Of a stretch of 64,000 bases of DNA, positions 26,850 through 41,391 are shown piece after piece. The notes beneath the pieces are model-generated. The model was not told where the DNA came from and did not search any database. It saw only the letters and a list, made by a program, of their open reading frames with translations. The translations under genes and the position numbers were made by a program. Position 1 is the first letter of the stretch, and every line of letters starts with the position of its first letter. Source of the stretch: Octopus sinensis (lineage: Eukaryota); contig NC_042997.1 of the NCBI RefSeq assembly GCF_006345805.1, forward strand, positions 37,758,001 to 37,822,000. Direction: 5' to 3'.

Positions 26850-27000
26850 TTGTATATGATTTAAAAACCAATTAGCCAGTCAGTAAGTAGGAGGGGATAT
26901 CAAAGAATAATTAGAATATCATCTGCATGTAAATTGATTACGGCCGAGAACAGATTCTTTTATTGTTTGATGCAAAATAATTTCATCGATTATCTGAATC
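26850..27000 (-). mobile_element. Highly degenerate LINE RT remnant (CR1/L2-like)
   Basis: The minus strand gives ESVLG (QGSVLGP-like) followed by NLHADDI (YADD-like). Confidence 0.4.
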
Positions 27001-27184
27001 TATTACTAACTCGCGATTCTAAAGTAGATCCTACTACATGCAGCAGGTACTTGACGTCAAGTGGAAAAATATCAAAATCCTCATCCTCAACAAATTAATA
27101 CATTCATTAGTATTGCAGATAAAATACAATAATTTGCAAACATGTCAGCACTACTTTCAATAAAAGAAGTTCTTTATATATATA

Positions 27185-27242
<58 letters not shown>

Positions 27243-27281
27243 TATATATATAATATGTATATATATATATATGTATGTATG

Positions 27282-28014
27282 TATAAAAATTATATATAAA
27301 AATACAAAATGGGACAAGAACGCAAAACTCACAAAGAGACAACACAAAAAAAGGGACGGGTCATTCGAAGCCTCTAATCTTCAGTCAGGAACCAGATGAT
27401 CCTAGCAATTTCGGCTGATTAATCCTGATATCGCTCCGATCCGGCCAGCCCCAAGGAAAACCTAAGCTGCGAGCATTAGATTTCTTGGAAAAAGGATAGA
27501 ATGTATACGAAACAAGGACAGAAAAACGGACGATGCAATACGAATATGAATACAAAAAACAAAAATAAAAAACAAGAATTGTAATAACAGGACAAAAACA
27601 GCGGGTGCCTTACGACTTTAGACAGTTGAACTTAACTTGGCTGGCGTATTTTGAAATAAATGCCTTTGCGGCAGACGAAGAAACCGGTGTTGTCGTGGCG
27701 GCGGTCAAATGCTGAAAGGCTAGTTAACCAGCGGTCACGTGAGAGGAGAGAAGAAGAGAGAGAAAACCAGGGGGCAGAGGAATTAAAGAGAGAGAGAAAA
27801 AGAGGGACAAAGGCACCAAGGGTGGGGGAGAAAGAAGGAATTAAAGAGGAGACCAAAGAATCAGAGGCAAGGAAATAGAAAGACAGAGACAGTGAAGTAT
27901 AGAGAAAGTGTGTGTAGAAGTCGTACAATGGTGGAATGTTTACATACATTGTGTCGTCCCTTTGTGTGTTTTGCGTTTTTGTCCCATTTTGTATTTCTAT
28001 ATATAATTTCTATA
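27282..28014. mobile_element. About 730-bp (TA)n-flanked element bounded by 66-bp inverted repeats
   Basis: 27282-27347 matches the reverse complement of 27949-28014 with 6 mismatches. The interior is purine-rich. Confidence 0.65.
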
Positions 28015-28061
28015 TAAATATTATTGCAGCGTAACGTACACCTTGTTCTCTTATGTATATA

Positions 28062-28685
<624 letters not shown>

Positions 28686-29782
28686 ATATATATATATATA
28701 ATATGAATAATAGTAGGATAACGAAATAAACTATTAGACCATAGTTTATTTTCCTATATCAAAATGTTTACAAAATATGAACAGGATGTTTTTACTAAAT
28801 GATTTGCATTAAGGGATGTATAATATTGCCAGGGCTACATATCAAATAATGTTAATTCTGTGCCCATTTTCATTGAATACACAACATTAACAGTTAAGCA
28901 AGGTAAAAAGATTAAGCATAAACAATTCAAGTAATATCGTAAAATTCATTTTCAAAATAGCAGCGTAGATTACAACCTATTCTTCGGAATATACAGTTGG
29001 AAATTGGCTTCATTTATACATTGTAAAATGCCATTGTTATTGTTATAAATTGTTAATAATGCGCATTGGAAAAACAGATGCTAGAGTCGCTTGGAAAATT
29101 ACATAGATTATAATGGAATAAAGATACCCACAAGTGCATTAGCTACAGCATTAGTATAGGAATTCATGAAATAAGCGTCGAAAAAGTTAACTTTATAAAT
29201 AACTAGACTGTTTCTAGGTAGACGTAAACAGGAGTATTGTATAGAACCTCGTGCTTGTCAATATTACTCGTTCTAAATATTTAAATTAACGTCACTACAC
29301 GTAATTTATCTACAAGGTTGAGTATCCTTATAACTGAGATATAACTCGCTATGGCATTATGTTGGGTATCTCTACATTATAAATGTGATTTCCTTCGCAC
29401 ACTGAAGCCGAAAAAGTAGATTAGATTCCCAGACGCATCCAGTGTATTTCATTTAATTAGCTAACTTTACATTGGTCACATAACATCTGATTTAGAGAAT
29501 ACCCAACACTGAATTTGTGTAAATTAGCGGCAGGATTTCAAATCAGAGGTTTAATTAATAATAACGTTTTGTGTTATATGATTCATTATCACAGAATTCC
29601 TAACTTGGATTCCCTCTCATATACATAAATTTTTACGTCACTATACTGGGACATATTTAATAGCCGGAATTTTCTAGACGTACATCACGCTACATACACA
29701 GATAATGAACAAGAACATATCATTTAATGTGTTCTTCATGACCGTTAATATTAGAAGAACTTACTAGTAAAAGACTCTCAGT

Positions 29783-30008
29783 GCGAGCTGGCAGAAACGT
29801 TAGCACGCCGGGCGAAATGCTTAGCGGTATTTCGTCTGCGTTACGTTGTGAGTTCAAATTCCGCCGAGGTCGACTTTGTCTTTCATCCTTTCGGGGTCGA
29901 TAAATTAAGTACCAGTTACGCACTGGGGTCGATGTAATCGACTTAATACCTATGTCTGTCCTTGTTTGTCCCCTCTGTGTTTAGCCCCTTGTGGGTAATA
30001 AAGAAATA
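29783..30008 (+). mobile_element. SINE family A
   Basis: Nearly identical to 3363-3591. Confidence 0.9.
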
Positions 30009-33000
30009 AGTATTGTAAATATTTAGAAACTTGTATATTTTTGACTCTGTAAGGTGAAATTATAGAAATGTTAAGTGAGAGTTAAAGAATGGGGAAAAAA
30101 GCCTGGTCAATAGTCACAGGAATGCTCTTTTTTGAAACGTCTAATCACCTCAACCAACAGCCTGTGAATTAGCGTTTTGTATTGAGATCAGCAACAACGG
30201 TACAGTGTGCATGACAAGAAAAGGAAAAGGAGAAATATTGTCAAGTGAGTTTGTGTATAATGTTACGCTACCTTCAATCTGAGAAACGAAAACTTTGTAG
30301 TACCAATAAAAGAGAAAGACAGAAACGACTTGTCTGCCATCAGTGGAGTTGTAATCAGTTAAAGAGTTAGTATTTGCCAAACAGTAGAATAGGATGCTTA
30401 TCTCTGAATCTACATCTAATGGTTTTCAGATAACGGTACTTGAAAAATTGATATGAATAATACAAATTTCGCCTCTTCTACAATGAACTTTATTCTTATA
30501 ATGTTCTAGTATCTGAGGGATGTTGAAACTGACGTATATTTTAAGAAGCCCTCAAAAAGTTTTAATTCAGGTAAGGATTTAAGATCAAATAATCAAATGT
30601 AATGATTCAAAATTAAATGTTCCGAATCATCGCGAAATTATAGACTACACTCGAAGAACATACCTGTTAGAAGTGAAAGGGCTTCAGAAGGAATCGACTT
30701 CACATATCTGGATAATACTAGTGATCTACACAAATTAATTAGTCATGAGACATTCATTAGGAAATATTTATTATAAAGAGAAAATTGAACAAAGTTTTGC
30801 GTTTCATGTGCAATCACATAAAATCTCATGTTACTTAGATATATCAAAAACACCATTTCGTACATATTTGCATAAATTCTTATCTTAATTTTATATTTTG
30901 CATGTTTGTAGTGAATTTAAAGGAGAAATCAATATCGTATTCATCTGTTACTCACACGTCTCATTAAGAGGATCCATATTTAAAATATGAACAATTTCAC
31001 TCTTGAAAAATACGTTATCTAGTTAATTGATTAACTCATAAAACCGGCATTGAATATTCGAGATTCTCAATAAGTTACTCAATGGAATTTATGCTGCTTT
31101 GATTGCTTCCCCTAGGTTTTGTTCTCAACATCACTTTTGATTGTATTTGTTGACATTTATTGCAAAGCAATGATACAAAACAGACATTGAATCATTAATT
31201 TACGTAGGCGATATTTCTGATACGAAGGTGTGGGGAATAACTTTATTTCATTGGAAATTTTATATATTGTATTTACTCTTTATATATCCATGCATCCATC
31301 TATCAATATATACATACATACACACATAGTTGTGTGTTTGATAAATTGTCATTATCATTTTATTATTTAATCAAATATGTTTTGTTTAATATTTCCTTGA
31401 TTTACTTTTCAAATATCATAGCTTCAAAGAGGCATGATTTCGAATATCGACGCCATTATATTAGTTAATTTTGATGTCACTAACTCATGTAATATTTCGC
31501 ATTAGGATTTTCAAGATATGTATAAAACAAGAAAGAAAGTGTGTATACTTACAAGAATGTTATGCATTTATATTGTAATATATTATGAGCTATAAATGTA
31601 AGCGTGAAATTATCCAATCCTAAAACTAAAGCACACCAGTTTTTGTTAAACTGATTCTTTAAGACGCGATATAGAGCAATGAATAAAACGTCCTTCCTGT
31701 AGACAAAATATAGTAGACGTTGCTCGTGCTATTGAATCATTTTTAGTTTATTTGACCACATGATACGAGCTGCATTTTAATCATCGTCACGTATTGTCAA
31801 TATACACGCTCTTGAATTAATATTTCTACATATTATGATTCTATATACCTACGCACACTGAAATTTTTCTGAAATTGAAATCTCATTGTGATTTACATTT
31901 CCTTACTCCAAGAAATGTATTTGTCATTGTTTTCGCCGAATTTGAAACTCAACTGCAAATTCTGTAAAGTGATGTTTCTATGAAAAATATTAACAGAGAA
32001 GAGATTCTTCACCAGCAAACCAAAACTCATTTATTGTTTGTCGAATCTGCTATAAAGAACAGCTAAGTATATATTCCAAATTCTAGACCATCGTAAATAA
32101 GCAATCAGAAATAAGACACTTGATGAAGATCGGGCATAAAGATTTTAGCATGGTTGGGTATTTGTAAACACTGACACAACTGAAAAATAGAGGTAATGGT
32201 CGGATAAAATTATAGTATCATTAACAACCGATCTCTAACATTATACATAAATTCTTACATTACGTTATAACATAAAATACAACTTAATTGTATTAAGAAT
32301 GAAATACGTTTACTGAGAAATATTAGAAGAAAACTTATATATTTAAACAATAAATATCTTTCAAGTAGTGTTGCCGATGTAATTCAAAACATAATTCTAA
32401 TAGGATTGAAAATGCTGCTGTCATTGATGGGAACATCGGCTTGTTAGACAGTGCTTCTGAGCACTAACAAGTGAGGTGCGATGAAGGCGTATTCACGAAT
32501 ATTACCAGAAGAATGGATGCAAAAGGAAATTAAGAAGCTCACGTTAAAATGTAAAGAAAATGTACTATTCTGTGATATACTATTATGAAACCATTAAATT
32601 GAAATATTTCGGTTGGTTTTACTTAGTTCATTCCTTCTCTGTCACCGGACAGCTGACAATTAGCTAACTTTGTTGGTGATATTAATATCATGTCAATAAA
32701 AATGTGTCCACATGTTCTAATACCATTAAGAGATGTTAATGAGGTATATCGTCTAGAAAAAATATAGTTAGTGTGCCGAGGTGTTACTACGTTAGATATG
32801 TTGTTGACGATACCAATCGAAACGTCCCAACGTTTACTTACGATTATCCTTAGAAATTCCACATTATATAGTTACATCATAGCAAGCAGCGTATGTGAGC
32901 TCTCTCGGAGTCGAATCAACAATAACGTATCAGACATCAGTTTAAGATACTTAACTCACCGTAAGTTTATTAGTATCCCTGCATCTAACTACTCAATACA

Positions 33001-34268
33001 CAGACGATTATTTTAATAATTGTTTCTGATATAGACATAAGGCCTCAAATCTGAGGAAGGACCCTAGTCGATTATCGTTCTTGATTGGTAGATTATTTAT
33101 CGACCAGGAGATGTGCAGTGTAAATCCCTGTGGAGAATTGAACCCAGAAAGTAATAAGCCGATAGAAAACCGCTTAAGTATTTTTACCCGATGTGTTAAC
33201 GATTCTGCCAGTTCAAATGAATTATTCTTAACGTGTGACAGAGAAATTCTTGAATGTAAAATTGCTTCCATTATGAAATGCTAACCGCATCTCTCGTTTG
33301 AGTCATATATCAAATCCAACGCAGTAAAGAATTATATTACACATAACACATTGTGTCAGTCGCATTCCCCCTCCATCCCACCCACCCCAAAATTGAGAAT
33401 TACAAAGCTCTTTCAGTTGAACGATGCTATTATCCGAATTAATGAAGCATAAAAGATTTTTAAATTTGATTAAGTAAAATTATTATCTTTTTATTATACT
33501 CGAATAACATATTTTTATCATGGACGCTACGGATATTTGGAAGCCACATGTCTTACAAATCTTGTCCATAATCGAATAATAACACAAGTTAAATGCTATA
33601 GCTATCTGTTTATTTTCTGTCTTTTCTTTTTCTTTTTTTTTTTTTTGCAGAGTTTGATGTGTGTGTTGGCACAAAAGAATGGATTATGAATTATTCTTTG
33701 GATAATATTTTGAATTAAATCATGAATAATTACTGATTTTATTTAAAACCAGATTGGATGCAGCTAGACTGTAATGAAATAATTAAATAACTGCAGTTAA
33801 ATTTTTTAAACATTGCATCGTTGACCAAACAGAGAAAGGTTACAGATTATTGTATATTTAAATCTGAAAGCTGGTGCACTAGTGGGAAAGGAATATGTCA
33901 ATGTTGTATTTACATATTTGCGAATAATAATATCCAAAATGGAACAAATAGGATAAACGATGATAATATTGCTACAAAATAAAAAACATTGATTTCTAGA
34001 AATAATCGAAAGAACTACACATATTTTGCTGCTAGTTGAATGCATAATCGTATAAAAATATTCAACAAATCAAAGCATATGTACAATGTACCTGTCAATA
34101 TCAACTTCCGTCAACCAAATGAAAGTATATACGTCCAACTATGAAATGAGATACATATAAATATGCAATCAGATTTTGCGTGTATAATACTCGCCATATT
34201 TATATGTACAAAGTATACAAATATATATGTACTCTATGAATCTGTATGTATATTCTTTAACTACATGC

Positions 34269-34325
<57 letters not shown>

Positions 34326-34720
34326 ATGTGTGTGTGTATATTATATATATATATATATAGATATATAGATATATATATTGTGTACGGGAAGTGCATTTAT
34401 GCAAATTAAAGCAGTTACAGACACACATTATAGATAATTTAAATAATCAATAGAAGTTTAGATATATTCCAATATAAAGTAACATATCTGGGGAATATCT
34501 TCGCCTGAGAATATATATCACTTCTTCGAGATAATGTCGATCACAGAGTATTAAAGTAGAAGTGTATTATACAGAGGTTTTATTTAAATATCAACAGGAG
34601 AATTCTAGAAATATACGTACAGTAAATACATGTGTATAGGCGTATATATATATATATACATACATGCGTGTGCATATGCGTTTGTGTTTGTGCACACATT
34701 TATATATATGTATCTCTCTT

Positions 34721-34776
<56 letters not shown>

Positions 34777-34814
34777 AATGTATTTGCATATACGTACATA
34801 TGTATGTATGTATG

Positions 34815-34862
<48 letters not shown>

Positions 34863-35542
34863 TGCATTCACACACATATGTATAAATATTAAAAAATATT
34901 TGTGTATATATTTATTTATATACGCATGTATGTATAAATATGTATATATCTGTGTGTGTATATATATGTATATTTATGTACATATATATATGCATACATA
35001 TGTATACTTATATATGTGTGTGTGTATGTATATGTATGCTTATATTTATATTAATGTTTGTAAATTTTCCGTTTCCTGTTTTTTATTTTTGTGCTTCCTG
35101 CTTTCTGTTTTACATTTCTACTCGTGTCCATTCTTCGTCGAGTTGTTCTTGTTCAACACATTGTACAGATAGACTCCTACACTCGCACAGTCACCCGCCT
35201 CCTCTTCCTTTCCTAGCACTCCCCGTACAACATCGTTCCTTCCTGACCCTGGACTCTCTCGCACGTTATTGTTTTTCTCCTTTAGCCACTTTCCCCTTCA
35301 TACTCCTTCTTTCCATCTTTTCTATATTTTCCTGATAAACGAGCAGCATTTGAGATATCAAGAAATTTCCCCCTTCGCTTTAAGCGTTCAGCAAAAGCAA
35401 TATTCGTTAAAGCTTATTCTTCCTGTGTTGTATTGTTTCATCTAATGTCATTAATTTCTTGTTATATATTTGTGTATGTTTGTGACCACGTGTAATTGTG
35501 TGTATACAAACGCACGTACTCACAAATACGCAGACACACATA

Positions 35543-35605
<63 letters not shown>

Positions 35606-35607
<2 letters not shown>

Positions 35608-36090
35608 TAAAAATAAGGGTGTCTGAGAGACACCAACATGCCGAAATAGCAGTCTAATTCCTGACTCTAAAAACCACGTTAAATGTTCATATCGCACGAT
35701 GAGATAAGACAGAGGGACAAAATAGACTAGAAAAAGATATTACCGAATAATTCAAGATCCTGGATTTCTAGCTTTGCTTTAAATAAGCTTTGCCGTCATC
35801 AGTTGAATATATCAGAGCACATAAATACATATATGTATATACAGAACAAACGTTATACTTACATATACGAACGTCCATACATACATATATATTCACGTAT
35901 GTACAAGGCCAGTTTAAATTGCCCGCCAAACACCTCATAAGCAAGATATGGTCAACATAAACATCACAGTGAATATAGTGACGAATTATATAAATTTGTA
36001 AATAAGGATAATATCGATATTTAAATGTTGATATTATCAAGTGGCCAGCATGGGAAAAAATACCATACAATGGTAATAATTTTTTACAAC
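35606..36090 (-). mobile_element. (TA)n-embedded hammerhead element, family H3
   Basis: Bounded by (TA)n on both sides, with a homologue at 6451-6820 and a hammerhead at 35750-35808. Confidence 0.75.
35750..35808 (-). ncRNA. Type I hammerhead ribozyme
   Basis: Minus strand: AUUCAA CUGAUGA C GGC-AAAGCUUAUUUAAAGCAAA-GCU A GAAA UCCAGG AUC|UUGAAU. Stem I is 6 bp (AUUCAA/UUGAAU) and stem III is UCC/GGA. Confidence 0.8.
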
Positions 36091-36103
36091 TATATATATA
36101 TAT

Positions 36104-36680
36104 ATACAAAATTTAGAGGAATGACCACTAACAGTGGACAGCTTGTATGATAGATATAGACGTCAAACTCGCTATTTACCACGAAGAATCTGTTTCAGCA
36201 AAAACCAAAGTTTAAAATAAGACAAATGAAAATATTAGAAAAATTTTTAAAAAAACTATTACCTACGTACTAATTAGTTTCACTTGTTAATATTTACGTA
36301 TATGGATACGTAAACATCTGCAAGATCATCAGCGTAGTCTGTGGTTAACGAAATACAATTTCCAGAACTAGATACAGGGCGCTCGACCGAAATCCAGCAT
36401 GTATAAACGCTACAAATTATATTTATGTGTATCCTTCAAATGCCTTCACTTTGGCGCGCTGAGATCGGAAATTACTCTGCAGTTAAAAAACTACAGCAGT
36501 TAATTTACCAGCTAGAGAACATTTTTTTATTTAAAAATTAAATAAGGGTAGAAATTGATATTAATCAATTAAAACCAGTGGCCTAGCATATTTTTTTTAA
36601 AATCCGAAGATTAAAAGTTTTATACATACAAAATTTAGAGGAATGACCACTAATAGTGGACAGCCTGTATGCTAGATATA
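36104..36680 (-). mobile_element. Retrozyme-like element: 522-bp monomer plus 55-bp terminal redundancy
   Basis: Direct repeats at 36104-36158 and 36626-36680 (3 mismatches), with an internal hammerhead. Confidence 0.8.
36263..36337 (-). ncRNA. Type I hammerhead ribozyme
   Basis: Minus strand: CUACG CUGAUGA U CUUG..AUGUUUACGUAU-CCAU-AUACGUAAAUAU..CAAG U GAAA CUAAUUA GUA|CGUAG. It has a perfect 5-bp stem I, a long stem II and a palindromic stem III. Confidence 0.88.
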
Positions 36681-36711
36681 TACATGCTTGTGTATGTGTG
36701 TGTTTATGTGC

Positions 36712-36770
<59 letters not shown>

Positions 36771-37224
36771 CATGTGTGTGAATGCTTATGTATAGATGAA
36801 AGCAGAAACGAAAAGACAAATGGTTTGGCAAGGCTTAACAAGGACATGTAACTTAGCTATATAATAAAAAGTTATACATTGTCCCTAGTACCTGTTTCTA
36901 GAATTCCAGCTATTGGAACACCGTGTCGTGCATCCACTGTTACGTTTGTTTAACCTAAACCTCTCCTTCATCGGAGCGGATGAGGTTAAATAGATGTATC
37001 ACTGGGTGGATATTACTCATCAATGATATTGTGATTTAATTTTTTCGAGAAAAAGAAGAGAAATCCAATTAAAAATTCATTTGTAATAGGGATTCGTTCG
37101 GTGAACCCACGAACAAATGAAGAAAATCGGTAATGTCCACGAGTAGAATCGAAACACGGAGAATGGTTCGATTATAATCGATGGCCAAGGAAAATGGATG
37201 TTAGCAGTTCCAATGCTGGCTAAT

Positions 37225-38214
37225 GGACATTGCCGATGTTCTTCTAGCAACTCGAAACCCAATTTATTAATGGTTTCAACGTTGTGAGCGACCGTATGTG
37301 AACATGCATTGTAGTGCAACAATAACTTGACAATAGACCGCCTCGTTTGGTGTAACTTGCTGGCATAAGTTTGTTGGCCAACATTTTATTGCATCTTACA
37401 CTGATGGCTGTAGACTTTCTTTCCAAATAATGGTCCAGTTTGCATCCTCAAAGACGTTTAGTATTACAATTTCTGTGAAAGTTTGAATCTCGAACTACTT
37501 TTCCGCTAGCGATTCCGGATGTTTCCACGCCGCACTCTACTTTTTGGATTCTGGCTCAAAGCGATGGACCCAGGCCTCCTCTCCTGTAAATATTCTCTCA
37601 AAAAATGCTTGCCTTCATATTTGTAGTGGTCGAGTAAGCGTCTACAAATCGCCACACAATTGCTCTTAAGCGCTTTTGGCAGCTCTCTTCATTTCCATCT
37701 CACACAGACTTTAGGGAATGAAGCATGTCGTGCATGATTTCGTATGCAGACTAGGACTAATTTCCAGAGAACATGCCACCTTATCAATGGCAATTTGTCG
37801 GTTCGCCAGAAACATCTTTTGAACTTGTTGAATCTTTACTTTTGTGGTGGAGGTTGCTGGATGTCCTGCTCCCTATTCGAGCTTCACAACTGTCCTGCCA
37901 GTTTTAAAGTTGTCGATCCATTCACACACTTCTACGCAACAGAGCGCTGTCCGCGTATTGTACTGAAAGCCTGCTATAAATGCAAGCCCCAAACACACAT
38001 TCAGACCAGAGAAATCGGTTCACCCATCTCTGATCTTCCTTTAAGCAGGCTGAAATCGGAACAGGGATGGTTACCTGTAAGACACACACACTAAAAACGG
38101 AGTGATGAAGGATAAACTTCAGTTACGTAACCACAAGTGTACCGCCTTTAAGGTAATGCAGCCGACCTAAAGAACATTTTGGAGAAACTGCAGGTAATTG
38201 TTTACTTCCCCTTG
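37225..38214 (-). mobile_element. Mariner transposon remnant
   Basis: The minus strand gives LLHYNACSHT (LLHDNARPHT-like) and a degenerate TGDETW-like segment near 37570-37590. TIR-like end TA|CAAGGGGAAGTAAACAATTAC at 38214. Confidence 0.75.
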
Positions 38215-38216
38215 TA

Positions 38217-39420
38217 TATAGGTACGTACGTATGTATGTATGCACGTATGTATGCATATATGTATGTATGTATATATGTATGTACGTATGTATATATGTA
38301 TGTTTGTATGTATGTATGTATGCATGTATGTATGTATTTTATGTATGTATGCATGTATGTATGTATGTATGTATGTATGCATGTGTGTATGTATGTATGT
38401 ATGTATGTATGTATGCATGTATGTATGTATGTATGTATGCATGTATGTATGTATGTATTATGTATGCATGTATGTATGTATGTATGTTTGTATGTATAAT
38501 ATGTTTGTATGTATGTATGTATGTATGCATGTATGTATGTATGCATGTATGTATGTATGTATGTATGCATGCATGCATATGTATGCATGCATGTACGTAC
38601 GTATGTATGTATGTATGTATGTATGCATGTATGTATGTATGTATGCATGCATGTATGTATGCATATATGCATGCATACATACATGCATGTATGTATGCAT
38701 GCATACATGTATGTATGCATGCATGTACGTACGTATGTATGTATGTATGTATGTATGCATATATTTATGTATGTATGCATGTATGTATGTATGTATGTAT
38801 GTATGCATGTGTGTATGTATGTAGTATGTATGTATGTATGCATGTATGTATGTATGTATGTATGCATGTATGTATGTATGTATTATGTATGCATGTATGT
38901 ATGTATGTATGTTTGTATGTATATATGTTTGTATGTATGTATGTATGTATGCATGTATGTATGTATGCATGTATGTATGTATGTATGTATGCATGCATGC
39001 ATGTATGTATGCATGCATGTACGTACGTATGTATGTATGTATGTATGTATGCATGTATGTATGTATGTATGCATGCATGTATGTATGCATATATGCATGC
39101 ATACATACATGCATGTATGTATGCATGCATACATGTATGTATGCATGCATGTACGTACGTATGTATGTATGTATGTATGTATGCATATATTTATGTATGT
39201 ATGCATGTATGTATGTATGCATGTATGTATGTATGTATGTATGCATGTATGTATGTATGTATGTGTGTATGTATGCATGTGTGTTTGTATATATGTATAT
39301 ACGTAAGTATGTATGTATGTTTGTATGTATGTATGATTGTATGTATGCATGTATGTATGTATGTATTATGTATGTAGGTATGTATGAATGAATGCATGCA
39401 TATATGTATGTGTTTGCGTG
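38217..39420. repeat. Compound (TATG)n/(CATG) satellite with a higher-order duplication of about 426 bp
   Basis: The variant pattern repeats at an offset of about 426 bp. ORF-track entries 38339-38704 and 38765-39130 are near-identical. Confidence 0.9.
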
Positions 39421-40329
39421 TGTATACGTACACTATTTATAAAATTATTTACATGTGTAAATTTAATCTCTTAAACTCATTGTGTAGACAAGTCAAGAAC
39501 ATTCGCCTCACGTATTTAAGTGCAATGGAGAAGCTTCACATGGTCATTGTCAAGTTACTGGGAGAGAGGAAGAGAACAAGAAGGCAAAAATCGAAATTAA
39601 AACATTACATGTATGAAAATGTTTGTAGCAAGCCTTACTTTTGCTTATTTGATGAACCACTAGATCTATAGATGAAACGTGCAACTTAACAAAAGGACTG
39701 AGGCAACAGGTTTGTGGAGTAGTGTACAAACGTACTTTAAATATGCATTCTTTCAGAATTGCTGTCCAACTATATCATGCTTTTAAGTTGTATGTGCAAC
39801 TACAGAACTTATTGAGGATCAACTCGGCTAGTTTTGCGCTTTTCATGATCATCTCAACAGCCGTGTTTACTTTAAGCCATCTATGCATAGAGAGGTGGAA
39901 ACCACAAGCAATCTGACAGATACATTGAAAGCTATTAATGAATAAGTTTAATGATCCATGGATTTTCTGAAAGGACACAGTCGATTAAATCAGCCCAGTT
40001 ACTCTTCTGCTCGTTTGATTGACCTGAGAAACGGAAAACCGGATTCGTCCACAAAAATCTTCACCTGAAGAAATAAGAAACGCAGCAAACGTTTTAAGGT
40101 TATTTCTTTGATATACTATAAAATTAATACTAATATTAACATTGGTAAGTTTTCATACTGACACACTGCGAGGCGATTTGCAATTCAGTGAACAGTTTAA
40201 TATAGTCTTTACAAATCGATCTAGGCAGGAATTTGTAGATTACATTGCGTAAATGTAACTGAACTCCCAAAACTGATATTCTAGTGTTACTGCAGTGTTT
40301 GCAGGACATTTCAGCGCATATTATGATTT

Positions 40330-40865
40330 CAGAGTCCATCCTAGAAATGTATTACAATTATGTTCCTCTGGGACTGTAGAAAGTCAATAACTGTAACAAA
40401 GATACAAAGGAGCAGCTTCCAAAGAGTTGATAAATTGGAGCGGAAGATCTTAGCACACTGATTATTGCAGGGTTGGAAGGTGGATATAAGAAAGGGGATG
40501 AAAGGAGATGGGTTTGTTGGGAATATTCGTGCGAAACTGGCATGAGCCCAGTCACGTATAAAAAGCAGAAAAAGGTCATAGTAATATTAGGAAATCGAGA
40601 GAAATGTGCGATACAAGTACGGTTGAGTTACGGCTGTGAGTAACATTTCTGTACACAAAAGAAAATATCCACGCCTACTGTAGAAAGATTGTACCAGTTG
40701 TGAGGGCAATATTCCAATATTCCATTAGGATGCGTTCCTAGCCATAAGAAGGATTTTTTGGCCATGAAAGACACTCGGTAAATATGTTATCTCACACTGA
40801 AAATTACTGTGAGTTTTCAAAATATGGGGTATTTGAGGACATATTTCCTCAATATGAAATGGACC
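40330..40865 (-). mobile_element. Old LINE (CR1/Jockey-like) 3' remnant
   Basis: Minus strand ILEYCPHNW resembles the LEYC..W motif found downstream of RT. Confidence 0.35.
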
Positions 40866-41003
40866 TTTTGTGTGTCTTGTTGAGAAAGACAATATTAGTT
40901 TATGTCCATTGGTTAGTTTACGCGGTCTCTGTTTGTAGAGTATATGATGACCAGCCTGCTATATCTATGCTACGACTAAATGATGATAATTTGAGTATGT
41001 TAT

Positions 41004-41391
41004 CTTTTTCATTTACTTGTTTCAGTTATTTGACTGCGGCCATGGTGGAGCACAGCTTTTAGTCGAAGAAATCGACCCCAGGACTTATTCTTTGTAAAAC
41101 CTAATACTTATTCTATCGGTCGTTTTTGCCGAGCCGCAAATTACACGGACATAAGCACGCCAGCATCGGTTGCCCAGCGATGGTGAGGAGACAAGCACAA
41201 ACACACAAATACATGCACACATACATATACGACGGGCTTCTTTCAGTTTCCGTCTACCAAATCCACTGAGAAGGCTTCGGTCGGCTCGAGGCTATATTAG
41301 AAGACACTTGCACAAGTTGCCACGCAGTGGGACCGAAAACAGAACTGTGTGGTTGAGAAGGAAGTCTGTTACCACAGCCACTCCTGCGCCT
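41004..41391 (-). mobile_element. SINE family B, diverged
   Basis: Reverse-complement match to the family B head, CORE-like block and tail. Confidence 0.85.

Noticed and set aside
27355-27460. Possible hammerhead (minus-strand CUGAAGA and GAAA boxes)
   Set aside because: I could not build stems I-III with a valid NUH triplet.
32800-32831. GTTG-TTGACGA-TACCAATC-GAAACGTC-CCAAC hammerhead-like string
   Set aside because: It has no stem II, a non-compensated core and no TA-tract context, so it may be chance.
35329-35366. CTGATAA...GAGATATC degenerate hammerhead in a pyrimidine-rich element
   Set aside because: Both core boxes are mutated, so it cannot be supported without a family consensus.
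38179-39433. Long ORFs of up to 381 aa (MYVC/HTYI repeats)
   Set aside because: They are translations of the (TATG)n array, which has no stop codons. The same applies to the YIYI, VCVC, LSIY and poly-I/N ORFs elsewhere in the window.
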